64,000 nt of DNA from Octopus vulgaris (Eukaryota). The stretch spans positions 12,152,001-12,216,000 of the forward strand of contig OX597816.1 of assembly GCA_951406725.2 (NCBI GenBank), written 5' to 3'. The notes under the pieces were generated by a model. It ran no database searches. It was not told the DNA's origin and saw only the letters and a program-made list of their open reading frames with translations. Each line of letters starts with the position of its first letter. Within the stretch, counting starts at the first letter, position 1. The translations under genes were made by a program, and so were the position numbers. Of the stretch, positions 26,483 to 40,709 are shown one piece after another.

Positions 26483-26927
26483 AGGGTGGGTAGGGGTTGC
26501 CATTCCATCAGTCAAATCTAATGTATATTCTCTGTGTTGCTGTCTTCTATTTTCTTTATCTTAGGCTTGCTGTGAGGAACTACAAGTAATTCCCCAATAT
26601 TTTTTTCTTTTTCTTTTTCTTCTTTGTATTTGTGTCTGTCTTTGATAATCTGTGACGATTCACAATTAACATCCAAAAATTCAACAGAGCTTCCTGATTA
26701 GTGTAAAATGGTAAATCTCTTTAAATATAAACATCAAACTAGCAAAAAAACAAACAAATATTACTGTAAAAATCCTGAATAAGCATACACATGAACTGAA
26801 CTGGGGGAATACTCAAGATTCATAGATACTACAAATAATACTTAATAGTATGCTATGGATGAGAAAATGTCATCAAAGATGATCATTTGGGATGCAGAAA
26901 TGTATGTTGTTATACATTAATAAAGTA

Positions 26928-28195
26928 TGGGGTCATTCCATAAATAATACGTTTTTTTTTTTTTATACTTCTTTTATTTTTCAAAATTAAGATAAACAAA
27001 TTTTTTTTTTAATCTAAAGTATACTTCAATTTCTACAATGCTCTTCCATCCATCTGGTAGACTTGCAACGCCCTGATCTCAGGATTCACTTGTCCGTGAT
27101 GACAAATACTCCTCCAGTACTTTTATGACCTCGTTTACAGAATTCATATTTTTTCCCTGCAAATGATTTTAAAGACTGTGGAATAAATGATAATCGGATG
27201 GGGCAATGTCTGGTGAATATGGTGGCGGGGGGGGGGGATCATCATTTCCTATTCAAACTGCTTCAGCCTTTGGAATGTCATCCTTGCTGTATGTGGCTGA
27301 GCATTATCCTGATGGAAGAACACCTTTCGTCTTGAAACCAAAATATGGTCGTTTTTCTTCTAATGCTGATCTATGACACTCAAGCAGCTTACTGTAGATT
27401 CCCTTTGTTATCGTATGGTTTGGGTTTAAAAGTTCAAAGTGAACTAAACCTTTCACATCCCACCAAACAGATAACAACACCTTATGTGGGTGAAGACCTT
27501 CCTTAGCCTGGGGTGCCAGTATTTCTCCTTTCCCTATTCACTGTCTTTGGCACTTTACATTTCCATGGAGAACCCATTTCTCATCACCAGTCACCACTCA
27601 GTCCAAAAACGGCTCATTCATGAGACGTGACAGCAAAGAAGAGCACACACTCATTCTATGCATGTGATTAAACTCAGAAAATTTGTGAGGAACCCATTGA
27701 CCCAATTTTTTCTGACTTTTCCGATGACATACAGCTGAATGGTTGAATGACCAAATCCAAGCTTCTCTGCTAGTTCCTCAACAGTAACGATGGGATTTCG
27801 CTCCACCAGAGTTTGCAGGACGTCCTCATTGAGCTCTACAGATCTTCCAGGATGAGGCTCGTCTTCTAGGCTGTAGTTTCCAGCTTGGAATTTCTGGAAC
27901 AATCGTTGACACTGGCTTACGTTTACTGTCCAATCCCCATATGCTGCATTAATATTCCTTGCACTTTCCGTTGTGTTGTTGTCTTTATTGAACTCATAAA
28001 ACAAAATATGCTCCTTTGTCACTTCCATTATAGCTTTGAAAAAATGACTGTTAAAATTGAACAGCAATATTCAAAACTTGCACTAAGAATAAGGACAAGG
28101 TAAAATTACTACCTGCTTTTATAGAAAGTTGATACAGGTAGTTTATCCCGTCCCCTTCCTGCTGTTCATGAAATTGAAAAAAATGCATTGCTTAT
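26928..28195 (-). mobile_element. mariner DNA transposon, degenerate
   Basis: ORF 27651-28067 MEVTKEHILFYEF...SLEDEPHPGR...VEELAEKLG (mariner HTH); left TIR TA|TGGGGTCATTCCATAAATAATACG. Confidence 0.9.
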
Positions 28196-28623
28196 AATTT
28201 CCACCCACAAGTCATTTTCATAATAACTATATTCATCTTAAATTGTAAGGAATTGCACACGTATAACCATTCCATAGGATTACTATGGAAGATGGGAATA
28301 ATCCTTGGTAGCCAATAAGAAGCATAGGAAGTTTTATGAGTGCACTTTGAGACATTTGCCAAAAGAATTGATAGGATATATTATATATGCATGTATGTAT
28401 GTACGAGGGGTGTATGAAAAGTCTTTGATCCTCAAAAAATCAAAACATGGTACAAGACTTCTGATGATTTATTTTTCAACATAGTCCCCTTCAATGAACC
28501 ACATGGTTCCGGGTTCAGTCCCACTGCATGGTACCTTGGGCAAGTGTCTTCTACTATGGCTTCGGGCTGACCAAAGCCTTGTGAGTGGATTTGGTAGATG
28601 GAAACTGAAAGAAGCCTGTTGTA

Positions 28624-28700
<77 letters not shown>

Positions 28701-28834
28701 AAGGGCTTAGTAAAATAAATTACTTTGCCACATACTGAACTCATTAGAAATAGTAGCTAAAAAAACTTTTTAAAACTATTTCTAATACTTAAAGAAAATC
28801 TTTCTCATATAGTGTTTGCTCAATTCAGCTCACG

Positions 28835-28882
<48 letters not shown>

Positions 28883-29224
28883 GTATGTATGTGGGTGTAT
28901 ATGTTTGTGTGTCTGTGTTAGTCCCCCTTCCAACATTGCTTGACAACTGATGCTGATGTGTTTACGTCCCCGTAACTTAGCGGTTCGGCAAAAGGATCCA
29001 ATAGAATAATTACTAGGCTTACAAAGAATAAGTCCTGAGGTCAATTTGCTCGACTAAAGACGGTGCTCCAGCATGGCCACAGTCAAATGACTGAAACAAG
29101 TAAAAGAGTATGCACAAGAGTTGATGGAGTAATCTGGATGCCAATGGATTAAGGATCCCTTAAACCTTGCTCTATAATGGAGATCTTGGATTAGGAGATG
29201 CAGTTTATCCAGGAAAAAAAGAGG

Positions 29225-29680
29225 TGTGTGTGCATGTGTGTGTGCATACACATTTGCGTATGTGTGTGTGTATACATTTGTGGGTGTGTGTATGCATGTC
29301 TATGTGTGCATGCACATGCGTATGCATTTGTGTATTATGTATGCATGTGGGTGTAATCATTTGTTGTGCATGCATGCACGTGCATGTGTCTGCATGCATG
29401 TGTGTATACATTTGTGTGTGTATGCATATGTGTTTGTATGCATGCATTTGTGTGTGTGTGTGTGCAGATGTGTATGAATTTGTGTGTGTGTGTGCGTGTG
29501 CATGCATGTGTGTATGTATGTGTGTGTATACATTTGTGTATTATGTATGCACGTGTGTGTGTGTGTGCATGTACATGTGTATACAATTGTGCATGTGCAT
29601 ATGTGTATGCATTTTCGTGTGCATGTGTATGCATGTGCACATATGTGTGTATGTGTGTTTCTGTGTCTGTGTGTGTGTAA
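29225..29680. repeat. Degenerate (TG/TGCA)n low-complexity tract
   Basis: Direct reading. Confidence 0.9.
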
Positions 29681-30441
29681 TGCCTTGTGGTATTTGTTCC
29701 ACCCATGTTGTGTATGCACAGCCTTGTCACTCTCGTACCTAGAAAAGTAGCGAACCCGCAGATAGCTGACTTGTAAAAAAAAAAAAAAAAAAAAGCAAAA
29801 AGAATTATATTAATAACGATATTAGTATTATTCACAAAATTCAGGATCAGAAATAAATCTGAATAAAATAAAAGTAAGAAACATTAAAAAACCAAAAAAA
29901 AAAAAAAAAAAAGAAACAACTTATGACTACACATACGAATGTCTTTGACAATTCTTAACACTTGCGTATTGCAATCTCAATGACAATGTTGTCACTATGG
30001 CAACAACCTTGTCACCTGGGTGACATCTTTACCACCTGCAATTATCACTTTGTCAGGTAAAAATTAAATTTTTTTCTTTCTTCTCAGAATCAGATAGTAA
30101 AGTGTAAGAGGGAAAGAATGACAAAGAGAAAGAAAGATGGATTGATAGAGGGATGGAAGGAAGAGAATAAAAAATGGAATTTTCCACTTCTTTTTGAGTG
30201 CCATACTAGGAAGAATTCTGTTGAAATTCTACAATCTACTTCTGAAATCAGAAATTTGAGGTGTAAAACTCCATATCAAACACATTTATTGAATGTAAGG
30301 AAAAGAAAATTTCTTCTTCCAATATAGAATTTATTATTTCGGTAATCTCTTTTGTTGATGTTGGTTTAATATTGCATTGAAGCGTTAACATCACCACCAC
30401 CACCACCACCACCACCTCTGTACATAGGTGTACATGCATAC

Positions 30442-30505
<64 letters not shown>

Positions 30506-30726
30506 ATGACACGACACAAATATATTACGTGTATACGTAGTATATATAATGATACAACACAAATGTATATATATATTGAGAGAGAGAGAGAATATATATA
30601 TATATATATGTGTATGTTTGTAATATATACACATATAAATCCATATATGTATATATATATACATACACACTCTCAATGTACATACTATGTGCATATATAT
30701 ATACAAACACACTCTCAATATACATA

Positions 30727-30760
<34 letters not shown>

Positions 30761-30852
30761 TTAATCCAAACGGAAAACAGAAAAAAACAACAACACATGG
30801 AAAAATTAAAGTATTATTATTATTAGGCGCTCAGGAAAATGGGAAGAAGGAG

Positions 30853-30888
30853 GGTATGACGTTTCGAGCGGAGCTCTTCGTCGGAAAC
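30853..30888 (-). ncRNA. Minimal hammerhead-like motif (variant core CCGACGA)
   Basis: gttt-CCGACGA-A-GAGC-tcc-GCTC-GAAAC-GTC-atac within a ~190 bp module bounded by (TA)n. Confidence 0.55.
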
Positions 30889-30948
30889 ATAAGGGAAGGA
30901 AGAAAGAAGAAAGAAAGATCCCGATGTGGGCGAACGGAGGGAAAAAAC

Positions 30949-31017
<69 letters not shown>

Positions 31018-31188
31018 CATACATACACATACATATATGATGACACAACACAAATATGATATAATATAATATAATATATATATATAAACAAATATATTCC
31101 TGATGTAGGAAGTTCTTACATTTGGCAACCCATGTGAGCATGGGAAACCAACTTTGATGATGAAGATGTACCTGATGACACAAGCAAG

Positions 31189-31244
<56 letters not shown>

Positions 31245-31802
31245 TTGTATATACGATGACACAACACCCAGATACACACATAGTTGTGCATATCTGTCAT
31301 CTCCCACTTTGTCAGGTGGGTTGGCACATTTGGTAAGCTGGATGGAAAGGTCTGTAGTTTTTGTATTTGGTTTACAAGGTTCCTGATAGGAATTCATGTT
31401 GAAACAGACCTTGCTTGGAAGGAGAAGATGCTTGGTGAGTAGAAAGGCATTCGGCCATAGAAAATCTGCATCAGTAAATTCCATCGGTTCCTTGCAAGAA
31501 TGGAAAAATGTATCGTTTGAGCCTTTACTTGTTTTAGTCTTTATATTGTGGTCATGCTGGGGCAGCACTTTGAAGAATTTTAGTCGAATGAATTGACTGC
31601 AGTAGGAATTCGTTTCTTTGGGCATGTTCTGTCAGCTTCTTTTGCTGAACTGGTAAGTTATGGGGCGGGGGTGTTAAACATGCCAACAATGGTGGGGGAA
31701 ATATGTAAGAACAAAGACATATCCACACATGCACACACGCTCACACAAACGTACATGCACACACACACACACACTCACACATATGCATTCACATACACAC
31801 AT

Positions 31803-31840
<38 letters not shown>

Positions 31841-32263
31841 TGGGTTTCTTTCAGACTTATTCTTTGTAAGCCTAGTACTTATCCTATCGGTCTCATTTGC
31901 TGAACCGCTAAGTTACAGGGAAATAAACACACCAGCATCGGTTGTCAAGCAATGTTGGGGGAACAAACACAGACACACAAACACACATATACACATATAT
32001 ATGGCCTTCCTGACTGACCCAGTGCCAGTGGTATGTAATAAGCACTATCCAAATGTGATCAATGCCAGGCCTGCCAGATTAACTCCTGTGCCAGTGGCAC
32101 ATAAAATGTATCTGCTACACTCTCAGTGTGGTTGGTGTGAGGAAGGGCATCCAACTGTAGAAACATTATCAAATCAGATTAGAGCCTGATGCAGCTGCTG
32201 GCACTCCAGATCTGTCAAACCGTCCAACCCATGCCAGCATGGAAAATGGACATTAAATGATGA

Positions 32264-32318
<55 letters not shown>

Positions 32319-32407
32319 GTTGAAATTTACAGAAAAACAAAAGATGAAGACAGGTGTATAAACAACAAAAAGGTGTATTTGTTCGATGCTTGGGAAGGTG
32401 AAAAAAT

Positions 32408-32443
32408 CATTTACATTTCGAGCCTATGCTCTTCAACAGAAAG
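32408..32443 (-). ncRNA. Hammerhead-like motif (variant core CTGTTGA)
   Basis: cttt-CTGTTGA-A-GAGC-atag-GCTC-GAAAT-GTA-aatg. Sister copy at 34243-34278 (+) has stem I cttt/aaag; fragment at ~41790. Confidence 0.5.
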
Positions 32444-32505
32444 GAACATGAGGAAATAAACAGAGAGAGAATAAAAAACTTTTGGAGTTCGCAGCCAATC
32501 ATGGC

Positions 32506-32594
<89 letters not shown>

Positions 32595-33807
32595 CACACA
32601 AATGTCAGGCTTCTTTCAGTTTCCATCTACCAATTCCACTGACAAGGCTTTCAGTTTCCATCTACCAATTCCATTGACAATTTGAGGTTATAATAAAAAG
32701 CACTTGCCTGAGGTGCTATGCAGTGGGACTGAACCTGGAACCATGTGGCTGTAAGCTAGCTACTTACCACACAGCCACCCCTGTGCCTATAATCACTTAA
32801 TTACATAAAGAAGAGTTGGAATTGGAGTGAGGGCTGCCAATAGCAGAAGAGTCGGAGTTTGCAAACAAAATGCTACCAAGAATTTTGCCCTTCATGCTAA
32901 TGGTTCTTCCATCTCGCTGCCCTACTTTTAAAAGAAATATTGGACATCTTGTTTGGTTTAATTATATAAATAGATAAAATAAATTGGAGACTAAAATATT
33001 GTTTTTAGTTTCCAGCGTTATTAATAATATATAAATAGAACTTGAATTTGAATAATTTGAGAAATTTTAATGAAAGGAAAACAAAAATAAATCAACAAAA
33101 CCATGAGAAATATACAGAATCTATTTTAAATTCCATATGTAGCGACAGAATTAATACCCTTCACTTGGAAATAATTAATAAAAATAAATACTTGCGTCTC
33201 GTGCCATGAATACATAATTATGGTAGAGAAGTGTAGAGGTTTGTGTTGTCGTTGTTGACGACGACGATGATGGTGGTGGTGGTGATAATGATGGTAATAA
33301 TAATGATGATGATGATGTTGGTCATATTGATGATGATAATGATGCTAATATTGTCATTTGTTTCTGTGTTACTTTGGCCATCCTTGCCGAAATATTCTCA
33401 TTTAATAATTTCTTTTTTGACCTTTTATCTCTTACTTTTTACCATTATTGCACTTTGGTTATTCTGAGGCACCACCCTGAAAGGTTAAGTCAAATAAATT
33501 AGCCTTAGTACCTAATGTCTAATGTTTATTTTATCTGTATCAGTAGCTGAATTGCTAGGTTCCAAGGACGTAAATAAACCAACAGTTTGCCAAACGATGA
33601 TAGTGGGAAGGACAAATGCAAAGACACACACACACACATATATAGGTGAAGGCATGGTTGTGTCGTAAGAAGCTTGATTCCCAACCACATGGTTCCAGGT
33701 TCCGTCCCACTTCATGGCACCTTGGGCAAGTGTCTTCTACTATAGCCTTGGGCTGATCAAAGCCTTGTGAGTGGATTTGGTAGACAGAAACTGAAAGAAA
33801 GCCCATC

Positions 33808-33884
<77 letters not shown>

Positions 33885-33991
33885 CTGCTTAGAGAATAAG
33901 TTAATCTCATAAAGGGGTGGTTGAATCCAAGGAAATACTGGTTTTATTCCTAAGACCTAAGGGTCCACATGTAATATCTTAATGTATATCG

Positions 33992-34088
33992 CTCTCTGAT
34001 GAAATTGTACTCATGACATATAAATGCAAATTTAAAGTATAAATTTGTAATTTACCTATTGAGTACTAATGGAAACGGTTGTAACAAG
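33992..34088 (+). ncRNA. Type I hammerhead motif with long stem II; stem I degenerate
   Basis: CTGATGA (33996) - ATTGTACTCA...TGAGTACTAAT hairpin - GAAAC-GGTT-GTA. Confidence 0.55.
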
Positions 34089-35001
34089 TAAAGTTTACCA
34101 ATTCTTTATTAATAAATAATTATTATTATCTTAACTCTCCATTTTCTTTCCTTCACTTAACTGTACATGAACTTTATTTATATGATAGATCGCTAGCCAC
34201 TAAACCTTTCTTTATTTTCTCTCTCTTTTTATTTCTGTATTCCTTTCTGCTGAAAAGTGTAGGCTCGAAATGTAAAAGACTTTCTCACTTTCCGAGCATT
34301 AAACTAATACATCTGTTTGTTGTTTACACATCCATCTTCGTCTTTTCTTTTGTTTGTTTTTTTTTGTAAATTCTAACTATATAATAGTAGGGAATATAAT
34401 TCCCAAACTATTATAATCTATTTGAAAATATAGCCACGAAATGAGCGTAGTCTTTTTACTACTATTTACTATTTATTATACTTTATTGATTTTTAGAATA
34501 AGGTTTTTATAGTATACGTTTTCTATATGGTGTGAATAACATCTTTCAATTTTGAATTGTTTAAATAGAGGTTTTTTCTCTAAATTATATACACACATAC
34601 TCTTTACTCTTTTTACTCTTTTACATGTTTCAGTCATTTGACTGTGGCTATGCTGGGGCAACACCTTTAGTCGAGCAAATTGACCCCAGGACTTATTCTT
34701 TGTAAGTCTAGTACTTATTCTATCGGTCTCTTTTGCCAAACTGCTAAGTTACGGGGACGTAAACACACCAGCATCGGTTGTCAAGCAATGTTGGGGGGAC
34801 AAACATATACACACACATACATAGATATATATATGACGAGCTTCTTTCAGTTTCCGTCTACCAAATCCACTCAGAAGGCTTTGGTTGGCCCGAGGCTATA
34901 GTAGAAGACACTTGCCCAAGTTGCCATGCAGTGGGACTGAACCCGGAACCATGTGGCTGGTAAGCAAGCTACTTACCACACAGCCACTCCTATATATAGA
35001 C

Positions 35002-35036
<35 letters not shown>

Positions 35037-35961
35037 CATGTACATGCTTATGACTGGCTGTCACAGCTTCCATCAACCAAATTTCCGAGCAAGGCATTGG
35101 TCACCATGGAGCTTGCACTTTCAGTTTCCATGTACCCATCTTCAATTAGTGTATGCTTCATGACACCGAAGTGCACACAGCACCAAAACATACAAATAAA
35201 GTAAAGACACTGAGGCCTGAAATACCATAAATACTTGGGGATACAAAATAAAGTTGTTATTACTGTTAGTGTTAATGGAGGTAGTGATAATGATGAATAA
35301 TGTGTAAAATATCTATGGAAGCACAGTGGTGCTACATCTTATTAGTTAGTTCAATAAATCAGTCCAATAAATTCTCCTAATTGATTTTAGTTTTAGAAAA
35401 ACCCTGTTTGACACATCATTCTAAATAATTATAAATTACTGGAACCATATTATTGATTAAAGTAATTTATTGGTGATAAATTTAAAAAAAATTACAAATG
35501 TTTACTCAAATATAAATAAAAAAATTGAAATATAAATAAACAAGAAATAAGAACAAAATTACTACGTTTTTTAAAAACTGTGACATGAAATATGAAAGTT
35601 ATGTTGTGATTCAGTGACAGAAAATATAAATTGGTTAACGTAAAGATGTAATTATTTCTCAAATATCCTATCAATGGTGTAAACACAGCTCGTTTTTGAC
35701 ATCTGGAATATGTTTATGCTTTTTGATAAAGAAATGGGATGTTTATCAACCTATGAGGAGTGTGAGAGAGACACAAGGGTAGAAAAGGTTGCAAGGTCAG
35801 GCTGCTTCACTGTTGACATAAGTTCAAAATTCAGAGCATTTTTTTTGGTTGCACCTCGGGGCAAATTGCGTAGATTTATATATTTTGTAAAGTATGGAAC
35901 AATATATTGAAAAGATTAACATGTCCATATCACATAACATTTAGTAGTTTATGAGTGTGTG

Positions 35962-36047
<86 letters not shown>

Positions 36048-36100
36048 CTTACCTACCTACCTACCTACCTACCTACCTACCTACCTACCTACATATATAT
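35962..36100. repeat. (TATC)n(TACC)n microsatellite
   Basis: Direct reading. Confidence 0.95.
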
Positions 36101-36126
36101 ATAATTTGAAACTGACTTATTGAAGT

Positions 36127-36169
36127 CCACCTGAAGATTGTCGATCAAGACAAGAAACGATTGTAGTGG
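36127..36169 (+). ncRNA. Canonical minimal type I hammerhead ribozyme
   Basis: CCAC-CTGAAGA-TTGTC-gatcaa-GACAA-GAAAC-gatt-GTA-GTGG: perfect stem I and stem II, all core nucleotides present, predicted cleavage after GUA (36165). Confidence 0.85.
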
Positions 36170-36256
36170 CGGTTTTTTTGACTATTTATTAAAATTTTAT
36201 GTATTGATTAAGTCTTTCCTTGTTTGTTTTGCAAAATAGTGGTTTTGTCTCTAATA

Positions 36257-36305
<49 letters not shown>

Positions 36306-37997
36306 ATATATTCAAATTTAGCATTTGCTAAGTTTTCTTGAACATTTCTTTCTTAGTGGTAAGACCATAGCGGATCTACTTCTAGCATAATGGATGTCCA
36401 CATAGACGCACAATGGTCCAGTAGTTAGAGCAGTTAACTTGTGGTCGTAGGACCATGGTTTCGATTTCCAGACCAATTATTGTGAGTGTTTATTGAGCGA
36501 AAACACCTAAAGCTCCACAAAGCTCCAGCAGGGGGTCGTAGTGAACCCTGCTGTACTCTTTCTTCACAACTTTCTCTCACTCTTTCTTCCTGTTTCTGTT
36601 GTACCTGAATTTCAAAGGGCCAGCCTTGTCACATCCTGTGTCACTCTGAATCTCCCTGAGAACTACGTTAAGGGTACACATTTCTGTGGAGTGCACAGAC
36701 ATTAGCACGTTAATTTCACAAGTAGGACAGGATGTTCCGTTGATCGGATCAACTGGAACCCTCGTCATCATAACTGAGGAGTGCCACAATATATATATAT
36801 ATATAAGTTCAATTAGGGATTAATTAAGCTTCATTAAGGGATAATAATATCCAATTAATTACCAGCGTTGCCTTACTGGCACGTGAACAAAACAGTCGAG
36901 CGAGGTCGTTGCCAGTGCTGTTTGGCTGACTCCTGTGCAGGTGGCATGTACAAAACACCATTTTGAGCGTGGCCATTGCCAGTACCTATTTCTTTATTAC
37001 CCACAAGGGGCTAAATATAGAGGGGACAAACAAGGACAGACATAGGTATTAAGTCGATTACATCGACCCCAGTACGAAACTGAGACTAGCCCTTGTGTCG
37101 GTGGCATGTAAAAGCACCTACTACACTCTCAGAGTGGTTGGCATTAGGAAGGGCATCCAGCTGTAGAAACGCTGACAGATCAGATTGGAGCCTGGTGCAG
37201 CCATCTGGTCCGCCAGACCTCAGCTAAATCGTCCAACCCATGCTATCATGGAAAGCAGACCATAAAAGATGATGATGATGATGATTTTGATATATACATA
37301 AGTAGTTTTTGTGTTGGTGAGGAATGAGGATGTGTTGTATGAAAGAAGGTCCGATTTATATGGTCTGTCTTCACCAGTTCTATTTCTACTGCTATAGATT
37401 CTAGCTGCAAGCATAAACTTCAAAACATAATTATAGTTGAAACACGTGTTTTATTCATAGTAATAAATTTGAATAAAACTAAAAATTCTGCAAGCTATTT
37501 GAAACGAGTTTCAACAGATTGGAACAGCTAATGATATTTAAGAGAAGAGATTTATGATTAAACGAGGCTTCAAACAAGAGATGCTGTACTTCAAATAGTG
37601 TTAAAAGTTTTGAAATGTTATATAAATCTGAAATGGAAATATTAGATTGATGTACATGGAGTCACAAAATCGTGGCACTCTGTTGGATATGACAATGATG
37701 GTTCCAGTTGATCCGATTAACGGCACAGCCTGCTCGTGAAATAAACATGCAAGTGGCTGAGCATTCCACAGACACGTGTACCTTCAATGTAGTTTTTAGG
37801 GAGATTCAGCGTTAGTTATATTGACCCCAGTATTTCATTGTTACTTAATCTATCGACCCTGAAATGAGGAAAGGCAAAGTTGACTTTGGCGGAATTTGAA
37901 CTCCAAACGAAGCGACGGGCAAAATACCGCTAAGCATTTTGTCCAGTGTGCTAACAATTCTGCCAGATTGCCACCGTGATGATGGTAGTGGTGTGGC

Positions 37998-38398
37998 AAG
38001 GCGGTGAGCTGGCAGAAATGATAGCAAAGCGGGTGAAACACTTAGCGGTATTTCGTTTGTCTTTATGTTCTGAGTTCAAATTCTGCTGAGGTCGATTTTG
38101 CCTTTCATCCTTTCAGGGTCGATTAAATAAATACCAGTTATGCACTGGGGTCGATATAATCGACTTAATCAGTTTGTCTGTCCTTGTTTGTCCCCTCTGT
38201 GTTTAGCCCCTTGTGGGTAGTAAGAGAAATAGGAATTTCGTCTGTCTTTACGTTCTGAGTTCAAATTCCGCCAAGGTTGACTTTGTCTTTCATCCTTTCA
38301 GGGTCGATAAATTAAGTACCAGTTTTATACTGGGGTCGATCTAAGCGACTGGACCCATCCCCCAAAATTTCGGGCCTTGTGCCTAGAGTAGGAAAGTA
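37998..38398 (+). mobile_element. SINE family A dimer
   Basis: Junction GAAATAG|GAATTTCGTCTG; the second unit ends with the alternative tail. Confidence 0.85.
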
Positions 38399-39087
38399 TA
38401 ATAATGCTCTGGCACTGGTGGTGCTTCAGCATGGCCACAGCCTTAGTGCTGAAACATATAAAAGAATAAAAGAATGATAATCCTTTTCTACTTTTGAAAC
38501 GAAGCCAGATATTTTAGGTATAAAGGATTAGCGGATTACATCAACCCTAGTGCATGACTGGTACTATATTTTATGACTTTCCAAAAAATATGAAAGGCAA
38601 AGTTGACTTCAATAGTATTTGAGCTCAGAACCTTAAGAACCAGAAGAAATACAGCTCAGAATTTTTGTCTGATTTGCTAACAATTCTAACCACTTGTTGC
38701 CGCATCTATTATCTCTTATTTCTTTCAGTCATTAGACTGTGGCCTTGCTGGAGCACCACGTTGAAGAATGTTTAGTCAAGTGTACTGATCTCAGGATTTG
38801 TTTTTATTGTTAAGCCTGGTAGTTATTTTATCAATATCTTTTGCCAAACCGTTAAGTCAGTGGTGGGAAATAAACACTGACACAATGACACACACACACA
38901 TACATACAAATATTCTATAATTATAAACATAATTATAATTAGGGGTCAGATAATTGCTTCACCATGCACCGAATTTAGAAATTAGAGTTAAAATTCCTTT
39001 TCTACTACCATAAAGATCTCCCAGACAGTAACACACTTTTTTTACATAGGGAAAAACAAAAACTAACGAAGCCACGCGACTCAGATT

Positions 39088-39156
39088 AGCTACATAAACG
39101 TTTCGGGATTAAAGTAAAGTAATATTTACTTACTTATTTCACTTCTTCAGTGCTGC
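39088..39156 (-). ncRNA. Type I hammerhead motif, partly decayed
   Basis: gca-CTGAAGA-agtga...(AAGTAAGTAA/TTACTTTACTT hairpin)...atccc-GAAAC-GTTTA-tgt. Confidence 0.5.
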
Positions 39157-39270
39157 ATTTCAAATACAAATTTGAGAGTGTTAGAATTAAATATGTACGC
39201 AATCAAGTGTCATCGCATTACTGATATCCAACCAACACTTATATATAATATAATATAATATATATATATA

Positions 39271-39499
39271 CAGGGTGTGGTAGAAGGTTGCTCCAATTTC
39301 AAAGGTTAGTAAAAAGCAAACACATGAAAATACAAGAAAAAAACGATGCTCTCCACTCCAGTCCAAAATGAGTACAACCTGAAGCAGGAAAAGAAATGGC
39401 GTGTAATAAGCTTTATAGAAATACAAAAAATTTTCATGCATCTTTATGTGTTTGGTTTTTATTAACCTTTGAAATCAGGGCAACCTTTCTGCTCCACCC

Positions 39500-39501
<2 letters not shown>
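39271..39501. mobile_element. Tc1/mariner-type MITE
   Basis: TA|CAGGGTGTGGTAGAAGGTTGC...GCAACCTTTCTGCTCCACCCTA|TA with ~65 bp imperfect TIRs. Confidence 0.8.
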
Positions 39502-39578
<77 letters not shown>

Positions 39579-39790
39579 CTCTCTCATTGCTCACACGTGA
39601 TCAACGGCTATCCATCTTTCTTTCTTCACTTCCTTCCTAAAGACAAGATGTGCTTTTACCTGTCTCTTCTCAAAGCTTGTTTTTCCAGTGTTCACCACGT
39701 TATAAATGATGTACTTAAATGTAGTTGTGTTTTTAGCTTCTGCTTTTTCCATGATCACATGTGAGTATTTTATTTATATTCCCTCGTAAG

Positions 39791-39851
39791 CTCTACTGAA
39801 GAAGAATGTATCCTTTATAGTGATTAATTCCGAAATTGATTCAATATAGAG
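39791..39851 (+). ncRNA. Type I hammerhead ribozyme
   Basis: CTCTA-CTGAAGA-AGAAT...ATTCC-GAA-ATTG-att-CAAT-A-TAGAG: 5 bp stem I, full core, 4 bp stem III, AUA cleavage triplet. Confidence 0.8.
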
Positions 39852-40709
39852 ATAACGAAATTTAAATTTTCTAAAGGTTAGTTGCCCGCTTTCAGTTCAA
39901 TTTTCCTGTAACAAGTGGATTATAAGTGGATAAATCAGTGTATTGGCTTTAGAATAACCTTCTTTAGCCCTTAATTATAAAATATATATATATATATATA
40001 TAGAACAGGCTACTTTCAGTTTTAGTGTATGAAATCCACTCACAAGGCTTTGGTCAGCCCAAGGCTATAGCAGAAGACACTTGCCCATTGTGCCACACAG
40101 TGGGTCTGAATACAGAACATGTGGTTTGGAAGCAAGCTTCTTACCATACAACCCCACCGTCACTTTAATTCTACCAAAAATTTATTATGACAAAATCTTC
40201 TTTATCACTGTAAAAAATCACGATATCAACTACTACTGCAGCCATTGTATTTTTGCCACAGGGTTCAGCCTGTTTAGCTGATCAGGTGCTGTCAGCAATG
40301 TTAATAATACTGGAAACTAAATACACTCAATGGGAATTTTTCCTTGCAGAAACGGTAAATATATAAAGATTCTGTTTATTGCTAAAGGTAGCCAACAGAC
40401 TGCTTCAATACAAGATGTCTGGTTGTCTTGTAAGGCTGATAAAAAATAAAAACGTCATGCATAACAAAAATGAAAAATTGGTATGAAGGAAACAGGGTTG
40501 TGGAAAATATAGAGAAAGAACAAAAAATGTAAACATAAAACAGCATAAGTAGCAATATGAAAGATTTTGTATGGTAAAAGCTGAGGGCAAGTGCAAGTTG
40601 TAGGATGTATTGACATGTGTGTGTGTGTGTATGTGTGTCTTTGTGGTTTGGGTATTTGGCTTGTGATCATAAGGCTATGAGTTCAATTCCTAGTGACACA
40701 TATCATTGT

